A model generated the notes under the pieces. It made no database searches, was not told the origin of the DNA, and saw only the letters and a program-made list of their open reading frames with translations. DNA of 29,943 nucleotides from an uncultured Thermococci archaeon (GTDB lineage: Archaea > Methanobacteriota_B > Thermococci > Thermococcales > Thermococcaceae), in the NCBI GenBank assembly GCA_964615185.1, contig CAZTOS010000022.1, positions 1 through 29,943 on the forward strand. The letters run 5' to 3'. The number at the start of each line of letters is the position of its first letter. The first letter of the stretch is position 1. This document shows, in pieces, positions 1 to 9,163 of this stretch. The translations under genes and the position numbers were made by a program.

Positions 1-252
1 CAAGCATTTAAACCTCCCCTTGCTTTCCTGCTCAAAAGCCAAATTTCCAAACACTATAGCCACCCTAAAGGACAAGGCTTGAAAAAGAAAAAAGTCATCA
101 ATTAGGATTGGATATCCAAGTTTCAATGAATACATTGCAAGGACATAAAAAGCTATATGATGAAAAGAATAAGGCGTGTATTCTACAAGAACTGTTTCTC
201 CAGGTTTAATCTTCGAAAAGTGTTCTATTAGCTGTGAAATCCTTTCTGTCAT
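1..252 (-). CDS. DUF257-like (Thermococcales RecA-fold) protein, 5' part; open to the window edge and possibly disrupted after ~codon 54
   Basis: Hand translation from ATG at 252 (GGGGTG RBS upstream) gives MTERISQLIEHFSKIKPGETVLVEYTPYS...GYPILIDDF. The GETVLVEY and IDD motifs resemble DUF257. Sequence after IDDF no longer resembles the family. Confidence 0.55.
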   Translation of the reverse strand, partial: MTERISQLIEHFSKIKPGETVLVEYTPYSFHHIAFYVLAMYSLKLGYPILIDDFFLFQALSFRVAIVFGNLAFEQESKGRFKCL

Positions 253-345
253 GCAGAACACCCCATAATTAATTCTAACTTTAAATTATTAAAAATGTTT
301 TGGAACGAAAGCCAGAAAAAGACGAAAATAAGAAATAAAGCATTT

Positions 346-891
346 TCATCTCCGTTCGTAAATGCCAACAAGCTCGCCGTATTGGATAATATGCCCTTTC
401 ATTGCCTTTTCTAAATCCTCCTTGCTTGCCCCAGGCTTCAAATTGAGCTGTGTATCGAGGACATATACCTTAAAGTGATAGTGATGGATCCCATGTCCGC
501 GTGGAGGACAGGGACCATTGTACCCTATCCTTCCAAAGTCATTCCTCCCTTGAAGCATGTGAACTGGAGATTCAACAATACCTCTCTTTGGAATCCCTTC
601 TGGTATTTCTTTAACCGGAGGGATATTCCATGCAACCCAATGGACAAAAGTTCCTATTGGAGCATCGGGATCGTCAACAATTATGGCAATGCTAACAGCT
701 TTTTCGCTGAGCCCTTCAAGCTTTAGAGGTGGGTTAATGTCTAATCCCTCACAGGTGTACTTGCTTGGTATAAACTCATTCTCACCAAAAACAGAAGTAA
801 CCTTCAAGCTCATTTCCTTCCCCTCCTCTTTTTGGATGCATCCAGATGCCAAAAGAACGAATATCACAAAACTAATTAGTACTTTCTTCAT
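346..891 (-). CDS. YbhB/YbcL family (PEBP/Raf kinase inhibitor-like) protein with lipoprotein signal
   Basis: Motifs DDPDAP, FVHWVAWNIP, GRNDFG, YNGPCPPRGHGIHHYHF. The start MKKVLISF...LLASGC (lipobox) at 891 is preferred over the track start at 993, which overlaps the next gene. Confidence 0.9.
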   Translation of the reverse strand: MKKVLISFVIFVLLASGCIQKEEGKEMSLKVTSVFGENEFIPSKYTCEGLDINPPLKLEGLSEKAVSIAIIVDDPDAPIGTFVHWVAWNIPPVKEIPEGIPKRGIVESPVHMLQGRNDFGRIGYNGPCPPRGHGIHHYHFKVYVLDTQLNLKPGASKEDLEKAMKGHIIQYGELVGIYERR

Positions 892-976
892 GTTATCTTC
901 TTTGCTTTTTAAACGTAAAAATATTTCGGAAATCGAGCAAGTGTTTTTAACCTTAACATTGTAAATTGATAAGGGG

Positions 977-1705
977 ATGAAGATGGAGCTCACAGGTAAA
1001 GTTGCCCTTATTACTGGCGCATCGAGGGGAATTGGAAGAGCAATTGCGGTAGCATTGGCACAAAAAGGAGCAAACGTGGTTATAAACTATGCTCACAATG
1101 AAGAAGAAGCAAAGAAAACTCAAGAAATGTGCAAAGCATATGGAGTTGAGGCAGTGATTGTAAGAGCTGATGTGAGCAACAGGGATGAGGTTAGGAAGAT
1201 GGTAGAGACAGTGATTGAAAAATTCGGCAGGATTGACATCTTAATCAACAATGCTGGCATTCTTGGAAATGCAATAACTCCAATGGAAATAACAGAAGAA
1301 GAATGGGACAGGGTTATAAACATAAACCTAAAAGGTGCCTTTTTAGTGACTCAGGAAGTATTGAAGCACATGAAAAAAGGAAAAATCGTAAATATAGCAT
1401 CTATTGCCGGAAAAGACGGAGGAACTGTAGGCGCTCATTATGCGGCCTCAAAGGGTGGCCTTATAGCTTTAACATTCAACCTGGCACGCCACTTGGCACC
1501 GAATATTTTGGTGAATGCGGTAGCTCCGGGTCCAGTTGATACGGATCTTATATCCCCAGAAATAAAGGAAAAGCTCAGAAAGCTCTCTTTGACTGGGGAA
1601 ATAGCAAAGCCAGAGGATGTTGCTCATGCGGTGGTTTTCCTCTTGGAAAATGATCACATAACTGGAGAACTAATAGACGTAAATGGTGGAAGATTGATGG
1701 ACTAA
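977..1705 (+). CDS. SDR family oxidoreductase (3-oxoacyl-ACP reductase FabG-like)
   Basis: TGASRGIG Rossmann motif, NNAG, catalytic YAASK, VNAVAPG. Confidence 0.92.
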   Translation: MKMELTGKVALITGASRGIGRAIAVALAQKGANVVINYAHNEEEAKKTQEMCKAYGVEAVIVRADVSNRDEVRKMVETVIEKFGRIDILINNAGILGNAITPMEITEEEWDRVININLKGAFLVTQEVLKHMKKGKIVNIASIAGKDGGTVGAHYAASKGGLIALTFNLARHLAPNILVNAVAPGPVDTDLISPEIKEKLRKLSLTGEIAKPEDVAHAVVFLLENDHITGELIDVNGGRLMD

Positions 1706-1708
1706 ACA

Positions 1709-3769
1709 CTATGTGAACGTTTTGGAACGATTCCTGTGTACATAGTAGAAGTCCCCTTCGCTATCGATGTAAATGTAGTCCGGAGAGTACTTTGGTCCGC
1801 AATATAGGTTATGCCCATCCAGACGATACCACAAAGCTCTGGCAGCTTCAAGCTTGTTAAGCTCGTCAAGAATTGCCAAATTGCCAGGTTTAATCATGTT
1901 GAGAAGCCTTTGCATGTACGCATCACTTATCCGAAAACTTATATATGAAGCAAAAAATTCATAGCCAGTGATGAACTCTTTGGACACATCCTTAAGAGGA
2001 TATGCCGGGGTTACTTTAATCCCAAATCTTTCATAGAACTCTCTTAGAGCAAATTTATCCGGTCTATAGGGAATAAGCCCAAGGGTCATGAGCTCAATGG
2101 TTTCTCTGGAATATTTTTTAGGCCAATCTGATTCAAAAGGATAAATATGTTCTGGAACTTTAGGATAGGGATCAAGTCCAAGAACGTAGAATGCTTTGTA
2201 ACTGCTTCCAATTAATAGGGGGACTCTCCAAACTACCACGACTTCAGAATGGTCAAGCTTTCCACCATTCAGACTTGCTGGGATTTGAATTGCCCATGCC
2301 TTCAGATTGAAATCCATAAAGAGATTATTCATGAGGATTACCTCAGTTTCTCCATCATATCCACATATTCCTGATTCAAGGCTACCAACTATTGGCACAT
2401 CACGGGAATGGACATAGATATTTACAAAATATGCCACATGGAGCGGAGTCATGGAGTAAAATGGAACAGGCTTTTTATAGTAACTTAAGAGCTTACGCTT
2501 TGCGTCTCTATAAAAAAACTTCATAGCGCCATCAAGCTTTATTTTGTGATAACGGGTGAAACCCAAATTCGGATAGATGGCCTCATAAACCTGCAAGGGT
2601 TTAAACTCAGCGGCTTTTTTCCACATGTATTCAATCTGTGCCTTTGTGTATAACTGTGCATTCTGAAACCAGTATTTTCCTTTCCCATTAAAGTATATTG
2701 GGAATACCAGTGGATAATGTGCCAGCACGAGACTGGTGGATTTTTTATTTCCCTTTGCATCATAAGCTTCTATTGTTATGGTGTAGTTTCCCCACTTTAA
2801 TGGAAACTGAATAACATGCATGTAGCTGAGAGATTCTGTTTTTATTGTGATATTCCTTTTTTCTTTTCCATTTATGAGGATCCTGACTCCATGAGGAGGA
2901 TTTGCATTGTCTTCAATGCTCAGAGATATCTCAACTACACCTGACGGCAAGCTTTCGACTTTACCTTGCATCTCTGGAGGTATTTTGTCGTTCCTGTACT
3001 CTTTCTGAAACTCAATCCATGTTCCATATACCTCAGAAATCTCAAATTTATGTGCATTTTTTATAAACCACTCTCTATAGGTGGTATTTGTGGAAATCTC
3101 TTGCCTAATCAGCTTTATCCCAGAAACAAACTTAGATATCTCAGCGGGTTCAAATCCTCCAAAAAGTCCCTGCATGTTATCAATCGCATCGACAACATCT
3201 GAAGGTAAGCCAGAGAGAGATATACTTAGTTCTTTAACCAGCTGGATATATTCAGTTAGAGTTTTTACTTGATAAATCTGATGTGAGTTCTCTATTCCTG
3301 CTCTAATATGGGGAGGAAGGGTTGAGTAAACATTTACAAACTCCCTAACTTGAGTGTTAAAAATCTCCACCTTTTTGGAGAACTCCTCCAAGGCATATGG
3401 AGAATCAGAAAACAGAAATCTCACCATGTCGTCTCTAAGAGGGAGGGGTACGGAATTTAGGGTCTGGGTTACTTGCCAGCATAACTCTGCAAATTTTTCT
3501 GGGTCCGTAACCTCAACATCTTCAAAGAGAGTTGTGTGATATTTGTAGACGGGATACACTTCTTCTATTATTCTTAGTTCATGCTCGGTTATTTTCCCAT
3601 CATTCAAGAATCCCAAGTGTTTCGCAATATCTTCATAGTCTGATTTAAGTGAGTATGTCTTTACAGGCATGATAGATTTTTTAACTTGAGGAGGCCGAAA
3701 TGCAAGCATGAGACCAAGTATATATATCACAATCAGGATTAACCCAACTTTACGTAAGTCAATTTGCAT
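1709..3769 (-). CDS. Membrane-anchored/secreted 686-aa protein with an Ig-like segment and a putative transglutaminase-like Cys-His-Asp domain
   Basis: N-terminal hydrophobic helix (KVGLILIVIYILGLMLAF); beta-rich GNYTITIEAYDAKGN segment; GICGYDG...LDHSEVVVVW...LGLDPY spacing. The function is inferred. Confidence 0.7.
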   Translation of the reverse strand: MQIDLRKVGLILIVIYILGLMLAFRPPQVKKSIMPVKTYSLKSDYEDIAKHLGFLNDGKITEHELRIIEEVYPVYKYHTTLFEDVEVTDPEKFAELCWQVTQTLNSVPLPLRDDMVRFLFSDSPYALEEFSKKVEIFNTQVREFVNVYSTLPPHIRAGIENSHQIYQVKTLTEYIQLVKELSISLSGLPSDVVDAIDNMQGLFGGFEPAEISKFVSGIKLIRQEISTNTTYREWFIKNAHKFEISEVYGTWIEFQKEYRNDKIPPEMQGKVESLPSGVVEISLSIEDNANPPHGVRILINGKEKRNITIKTESLSYMHVIQFPLKWGNYTITIEAYDAKGNKKSTSLVLAHYPLVFPIYFNGKGKYWFQNAQLYTKAQIEYMWKKAAEFKPLQVYEAIYPNLGFTRYHKIKLDGAMKFFYRDAKRKLLSYYKKPVPFYSMTPLHVAYFVNIYVHSRDVPIVGSLESGICGYDGETEVILMNNLFMDFNLKAWAIQIPASLNGGKLDHSEVVVVWRVPLLIGSSYKAFYVLGLDPYPKVPEHIYPFESDWPKKYSRETIELMTLGLIPYRPDKFALREFYERFGIKVTPAYPLKDVSKEFITGYEFFASYISFRISDAYMQRLLNMIKPGNLAILDELNKLEAARALWYRLDGHNLYCGPKYSPDYIYIDSEGDFYYVHRNRSKTFT

Positions 3770-3883
3770 AACATTTCCCTATTTGTAAAATAGATTTGTT
3801 ACCTTATCAACTTTTCTGGGCACATCTGCCAGGTTGAAATATCTTTAAATAGTTCCTCTGGATTAGCTATTTTTGGTGATATT

Positions 3884-4300
3884 ATGAAGATAGTGCGATT
3901 TGGAGTTTCTATTCCCCAAGACTTGCTTGCAAAGTTTGATAAGATCATTGAAGAAAAAGGTTACACAAACAGGAGTGAAGCTATTAGAGACCTTATCAGG
4001 GATTTCATTGTAAGGTATGAATGGGAAGCTGGTGATGAAGAGGTCGCTGGAACAATTACGATAGTTTACAACCATGATGAAGCGGAAGTTGTTAAGGAGC
4101 TTTTGGATTTGCAGCATGACTACATTAATGAGGTTGTCTCAAGTTTGCATGTCCACATGGACAAACATAACTGTCTTGAAGTTGTTGTTGTCAAGGGAAA
4201 AGCAACCAGGATAAAGAAGATTGCTGAAAGACTCATAAGCCTTAAAGGAGTTAAACATGGAAAACTTGTCATGACCACAACTGGCAGGGAACTCGTCTGA
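3884..4300 (+). CDS. nikR: Nickel-responsive transcriptional regulator NikR
   Basis: N-terminal ribbon-helix-helix (RFGVSIP...[11 protein letters not shown]) and Ni-site motif QHD...[14 protein letters not shown]. Confidence 0.95.
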   Translation: MKIVRFGVSIPQDLLAKFDKIIEEKGYTNRSEAIRDLIRDFIVRYEWEAGDEEVAGTITIVYNHDEAEVVKELLDLQHDYINEVVSSLHVHMDKHNCLEVVVVKGKATRIKKIAERLISLKGVKHGKLVMTTTGRELV

Positions 4301-4301
4301 A

Positions 4302-4316
4302 GAAAAGCTTATAAAT
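4302..4316 (+). promoter_or_regulatory. BRE/TATA promoter of tRNA-Thr
   Basis: GAAAAGCTTATAAAT about 27 nt upstream of the mature tRNA 5' end. Confidence 0.7.
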
Positions 4317-4342
4317 CCACTCCCTATCATCTTTTCGTGAGT

Positions 4343-4419
4343 GCCGGGGTAGCCTAGCTCGGTAGGGCGGGGGACTCGTAATCCCCAGGTCCCGGGTTCA
4401 AATCCCGGTCCCGGCTCCA
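4343..4419 (+). tRNA. tRNA-Thr(CGT)
   Basis: Acceptor stem GCCGGGG/TCCCGGC, anticodon arm GGGGA-CT-CGT-AA-TCCCC, T-loop GGTTCAAATCC, discriminator T and encoded CCA. Confidence 0.95.
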
Positions 4420-4605
4420 TTTTCCCCCTAAGTATTCGTAGAATTTTTGTTTTGACTTGAATCTTTCATCATTCAGCAGAATAGCGACTGACATTTCGAC
4501 GAACTCTTGTACAGTCCAACCTCGTGAGCGTATTTCCTCAATAAAAGAAGCTGATAGCTTGATGTGTACCTGCTGATACTCGCCTCTTTTTCGAGTTCGA
4601 GCTAA
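4354..4605 (-). pseudogene. Int(N) fragment of a split SSV1/pT26-2-type tyrosine integrase overlapping the tRNA (attachment site); start codon lost
   Basis: Stop-free frame ARTRKRGEYQQVHIKLSASFIEEIRSRGWTVQEFVEMSVAILLNDERF...GGKWSRDRDLNPGPGDYESPALPS*. It has an RHH-like N-terminus and reads antisense through the tRNA 3' half. It is preceded by GTG-TAA-TTA rather than an intact start. Confidence 0.65.
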
Positions 4606-5363
4606 TTACACCAGCCCCCTATTTTTGGTGTACGGCATACTATCTGGACAACATTTTATGTAGTTTTAACCATCATTTATTCTTATTATGTTTTTTCTCT
4701 ATTCTATTTTTGAAAAATATGCGATCCCCTCAGAAGTACCATTTGAGTGTTTGTTACTACATAGGCATGCTTTATGAATGGTTATTACGATTACCTGACA
4801 AAATTATCCATGATACCTTTTGTTTTCCGAATACATGTCAGATGTTAGTTTTTCGCTCAATAAAAACTAATGGGGAACAGAATACTTTTTGTGTCAAGTT
4901 TCAATGACTAACAACAAAAATAAAGCAAGAATATTTGTGTGTTACACGAATGCGTTGCTATGCTTTTGGAAATTGTCCCTAATCTAATAATCTAACAAAA
5001 TTGAACTTTCTAAGTGCTCTATTTTCCCAAATCTTGACTTTTTATACTTTTTTGCAAGCTTTGTTTTGAGCATTCGTCAATAAAATTACTGTGTTAGTGA
5101 CTTTTTGACTTTTTATGCCACATTATTCAAAAACAAGGATTATTTAGTAGCTTTTAGAATTGAGTCAAAGACAAAACATGAATGGCGGAGAGAGGCAAAG
5201 GTGTCTCCCTCTTCCGCAGAGAAGCACAATATTATGTGTCACATATAGACACATCCAATATTTGCTCCCTTCATTTCATGTTTTCTCAAGTGATAATAAA
5301 ACTATTGAGCATGACCAAAAAGACTTTATCCCATTTTGAGTTATATAATGATTGGGATAGTAC

Positions 5364-8300
5364 ATGCCAAGGATTGAGATTGGCAATATACTAAAAAGTA
5401 CCAAATGGAAAGAGCCTTTTCTTGTAGAATTAATCCATGAACAAGATGGAATAATCAAAGTGGCTGGTTATTATCTCAATTCTCGTGAGCCAGATTATCT
5501 CATGATAACAGAAGCTGATTTAGAGGAAATAGAAATAATAAGCAATCCCTTGGACTTCAGGGCAGATCCTGAAAATGTTATGTTAGCGATAGAGAGTGAA
5601 AGATATCACTTTGCTTCTCTTTATGATCCTATACTTGCTGTGAGTATTTCAAAAATCGACCCTCTTCCATTCCAGATTGATGCTGTTTATAATTATATTC
5701 TCAAAAATCCTCAGATTAGGTTCCTTTTGGCGGACGATCCAGGTGCGGGAAAAACTATCATGGCGGGTCTTGTTATCAAAGAACTCAAACTAAGAGGACT
5801 TGCTGAGAGAATACTCATTGTGGCTCCAGGACATCTTGTAGAACAATGGAGACGTGAAATGAAGGAAAAGTTTCAAGAAGAATTCATAGTTGTCAAAAGG
5901 GAAATATACAAAAACACAACCGATGTATGGAGACGAGAGAAGCAGATCATTACCTCCATTGATTTTATCAAGCAAGAAGATATCAAAAAGAGTCTTGAAA
6001 CTGTAGATTGGGATTTAGTAATCGTTGATGAAGCTCATAAGTTGGCTGCTTATCGTTTTGGCAATAAACTCTACAAAACTAAGAGATATCGTGTGGGAGA
6101 GATATTGTCCCAAAATTCTACTCATCTGCTATTTCTCACAGCAACCCCACACAAAGGAGACCCAGAAAATTTCCGATTACTGTTAGATCTTCTTGTACCT
6201 GGCTTATTCTCTGACACTGAAATATTGTTGGAGGCTATAAGACGAAATGAAAATCCAATCCTGCTCAGGCGCATGAAAGAGGATTTGTATGATTTTGATG
6301 GGAAACCAATTTTCAAACCTCGTAAATCATATACTGCCCCATTTGAACTTTCAGAAGATGAAATGAAGCTCTACAATGAGCTATCTCTGTATATACGAGA
6401 TCAATATACTCTTTTTGAATCTACATCAAAAAGGCGAAACATTGCATTTGCCCTTGTTATACTCCAAAGAAGATTTGCCTCCAGTATATACGCACTCTTA
6501 CAATCGCTTAGAAGGAGAAAAGCTCGCTTAGAGGAATACCTTAGAAGTGGTAGAATAGAACTGAAAGAACCACAGCTCAATTGGGAGGAGTTACTTGCCC
6601 TCGAAGATGAAGAAGAACGCGAACGTTGGAAAGTAGAGCTTGAAATGGAAGGTTATACAGTTTCAAGGAGCAGAAAACAGATAGAAGCCGAGCTTAGAAC
6701 AATTGAAGAGCTGATCAGAAAAGCCGAAGAAATCATAGCAGAAGAACGTGAGACAAAGTTGAAGAAGCTGAAAACAACACTCGACGAAATCAAAAGAAAG
6801 CATGGAGAACGGGAGAAAATACTCATATTCACAGAGTTCAAAGACACCCTCGAGTATCTTGTTGATAAACTCCAAGAGTGGGGCTATTCAGTCACGTACA
6901 TTCATGGAGAAATGCCAATGGACGAAAGACTGCAACGTGAGAAGGACTTTAGAGAATGGGCACAAATTATGGTTGCCACTGAAGCTGCTGGAGAAGGTAT
7001 CAACTTGCAATTTTGCCATTTGCTGATAAATTATGATATTCCATGGAACCCAAACAGACTTGAACAGAGAATTGGTAGAGTGCACCGTTATGGTCAGGAA
7101 TATCCAGTGTATATTTTCAATTTCGTTGCTTCTAACACAAGAGAAGGAAAAGTACTCAAAAGCCTTTTAGAAAAGATTGAAAAAATCAGAGAGGCTCTTG
7201 GTGACAAAGTGTACGATGTTATTGGAGAAATTCTCGAAGGAGAAAAACTGTATCAGATATTATTAGAAGCAACAGCTAAAGCAGAAGATCTAGAACAATA
7301 TGTCAAGGAAATTGAACAGAGATTGAGCGATGAGAAGATTATTGAACGGATAAAAGAAGCACTTGGAGAAAGCCTTGTGACAAAACATTTTGACCTGAGA
7401 AAGATAAAGCAACTACTAGAACAGGCTGAGGAAAACAGATTGGCTCCAGAGTACCTTGAAGTGTTCTTCACGAAGGCTATGAAGAAGCTTGGTGCAAATA
7501 TACGAAAGAAAGAGGATAGAATCTACGCTATTGATAGGGTACCCCGTATTCTTCGTGAAATCGCTGAGAAGCAAGGATATGGAATTGTAGAACGATCCTA
7601 TAAGGCGATAACATTTGACAAGACACTTGCAAAGAAGAGAGACGATGTTGAGTTCATATCTTTTGGACATCCACTCTTTGATTCTCTGCTTCACTGGGTA
7701 CGTGAAAACTATCTAAAAGAACTCCAAAGAGGAGCTGTTTTCTATGATCCAAGCAATAAGCTACATGGTATAATCTGGTTCTTTGAGGGAGAAGTCAGAG
7801 ATGGCTTCAATATGACTGCAGGAAAGACTTTGGTAGCAATATATGACGATGGAGAGAATTTCGAAATTATTGATCCTAAGATAATCTGGGATCTCGAGCC
7901 AGCAAAAACCAATGAAGAAGTTCAAATCGAGTTCAAGAGAAGAGACGAAGCAATGAAGCATGCTCTCAAAGCTATTACTGAATATAAAGAGCAACTTCTG
8001 AAAGAAAGGAGAAGACAAGCAGAAATCAAAAAGAAATATGGGGAGAAATCATTGAGAAAACTCATTGATACCCTTGACTACAAGCTGGCTGAGTACGAGT
8101 TATATCCTCCAGAGGAGAGGAAACGTTATGCCCTCGTTATTAGGAACATAGAAGAAAGACTTGAGAGGTACAAGAGAGCTCTAAAAGAACTTCCAGAAAA
8201 GATAGCGAGGGAAACAAGTCTGACAGTAAGTCCACCAGTCTTCGTTGGAGCGATATACGTGCTTCCGAGAGGAGAGATGAGTGAAGATTTGGATATTGAA

Positions 8301-8663
8301 AAAATTGGAATGGAAGTTGTTATGGAGTATGAACGGAGGCAAGGAAGAAAACCTGAAGATGTCTCCAAGAAGAAGCTTGGATACGATATCTACTCAGAGG
8401 GGAATGGGGAGAAAAGGTACATTGAAGTAAAAGCAAGGGCTTATCTTGGCGATGTTGAACTGACGTGGAATGAGTATGTAACTGCAAAAAGACTGAAGGA
8501 CAAATATTGGCTCTATGTAGTTGCTTATGCCGCCGAGAAACCAAAGTTGTACCTCATTCGGAACCCTGCTGAGAGTTTGAAGGTCGTTGAGGAGTACGAG
8601 ATTAGATTTAGAGTCCCAGTCAATGAATGGAAGAGTAAAGGAGAAAAAGTTGATCTTAGTTAG
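5364..8663 (+). CDS. SNF2-family helicase with C-terminal DUF3883 PD-(D/E)xK nuclease-like domain (HmaA-like)
   Basis: Motif I LLADDPGAGKT, motif II VIVDEAH, motif III LTATP, motif V TEAAGEGINLQ, motif VI EQRIGRVHRYGQ; C-terminal GYDIYS...YIEVKA. Confidence 0.9.
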   Translation: MPRIEIGNILKSTKWKEPFLVELIHEQDGIIKVAGYYLNSREPDYLMITEADLEEIEIISNPLDFRADPENVMLAIESERYHFASLYDPILAVSISKIDPLPFQIDAVYNYILKNPQIRFLLADDPGAGKTIMAGLVIKELKLRGLAERILIVAPGHLVEQWRREMKEKFQEEFIVVKREIYKNTTDVWRREKQIITSIDFIKQEDIKKSLETVDWDLVIVDEAHKLAAYRFGNKLYKTKRYRVGEILSQNSTHLLFLTATPHKGDPENFRLLLDLLVPGLFSDTEILLEAIRRNENPILLRRMKEDLYDFDGKPIFKPRKSYTAPFELSEDEMKLYNELSLYIRDQYTLFESTSKRRNIAFALVILQRRFASSIYALLQSLRRRKARLEEYLRSGRIELKEPQLNWEELLALEDEEERERWKVELEMEGYTVSRSRKQIEAELRTIEELIRKAEEIIAEERETKLKKLKTTLDEIKRKHGEREKILIFTEFKDTLEYLVDKLQEWGYSVTYIHGEMPMDERLQREKDFREWAQIMVATEAAGEGINLQFCHLLINYDIPWNPNRLEQRIGRVHRYGQEYPVYIFNFVASNTREGKVLKSLLEKIEKIREALGDKVYDVIGEILEGEKLYQILLEATAKAEDLEQYVKEIEQRLSDEKIIERIKEALGESLVTKHFDLRKIKQLLEQAEENRLAPEYLEVFFTKAMKKLGANIRKKEDRIYAIDRVPRILREIAEKQGYGIVERSYKAITFDKTLAKKRDDVEFISFGHPLFDSLLHWVRENYLKELQRGAVFYDPSNKLHGIIWFFEGEVRDGFNMTAGKTLVAIYDDGENFEIIDPKIIWDLEPAKTNEEVQIEFKRRDEAMKHALKAITEYKEQLLKERRRQAEIKKKYGEKSLRKLIDTLDYKLAEYELYPPEERKRYALVIRNIEERLERYKRALKELPEKIARETSLTVSPPVFVGAIYVLPRGEMSEDLDIEKIGMEVVMEYERRQGRKPEDVSKKKLGYDIYSEGNGEKRYIEVKARAYLGDVELTWNEYVTAKRLKDKYWLYVVAYAAEKPKLYLIRNPAESLKVVEEYEIRFRVPVNEWKSKGEKVDLS

Positions 8664-9145
8664 CATTTATCTGGAGGAAACCAAAAACCAGCTTCAATAA
8701 GTTTCAAGCATATTTTTCGTTTTTCTTTACTTATAATTCCCAAGTTACACATAAGATCAAGTAATCCGATGGTGCCAATTTTCTCTAAGCCCAATTTGTC
8801 TGCGCTTTTTCTTGCCCGTCCATCATCAAGAACACACTTGTAAGGTATCTTCTTTTTGTAAAATTGTTGTCCAATCCAAAGAACAGCTAATTCTCCCTTA
8901 TGCAGAGAAGGAAACTTGTATTTTAGGTGAGTTAGTTCATCTTCAGGTACTTTGACTTTTTCGTAAAAACCATTGTAGTAGTCTCGTTCAATTTCTTGAA
9001 AGTTTTCATCGTAGGAAATTTCTTCAAAAACTTGTTCGGGGATTATCAATCTGTACCCTCGAAATGCTAATGATCTAAGTAATTCTGGGCGTTTGAGTTC
9101 GGTATAGAACGCTATCAAGACTGTGGAATCGAGAATAAGTCTCAA
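8660..9145 (-). CDS. PIN-domain (VapC-like, DUF3368-type) putative ribonuclease toxin
   Basis: LILDSTVLI, IPEQVFEEI, LHKGELAVL, VLDDGRARK..A..LGL..IGTIGLL and a GFWF tail. Confidence 0.85.
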   Translation of the reverse strand: MRLILDSTVLIAFYTELKRPELLRSLAFRGYRLIIPEQVFEEISYDENFQEIERDYYNGFYEKVKVPEDELTHLKYKFPSLHKGELAVLWIGQQFYKKKIPYKCVLDDGRARKSADKLGLEKIGTIGLLDLMCNLGIISKEKRKICLKLIEAGFWFPPDKC

Positions 9146-9163
9146 AATTTGATCCCTCCGAGT

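Noticed and set aside
4139..4420. 93-aa minus-strand ORF (MEPGPGFEPGT...)
   Set aside because: It is the antisense reading of the tRNA and nikR. The integrase-like frame is a different one (4354-4605).
4620..5360. CRISPR array or real genes (ORFs 4710-4907, 5182-5394, 5276-5458)
   Set aside because: There are no regularly spaced ~30-nt repeats. The ORFs are short, with atypical composition and no recognisable motifs or clear RBS.
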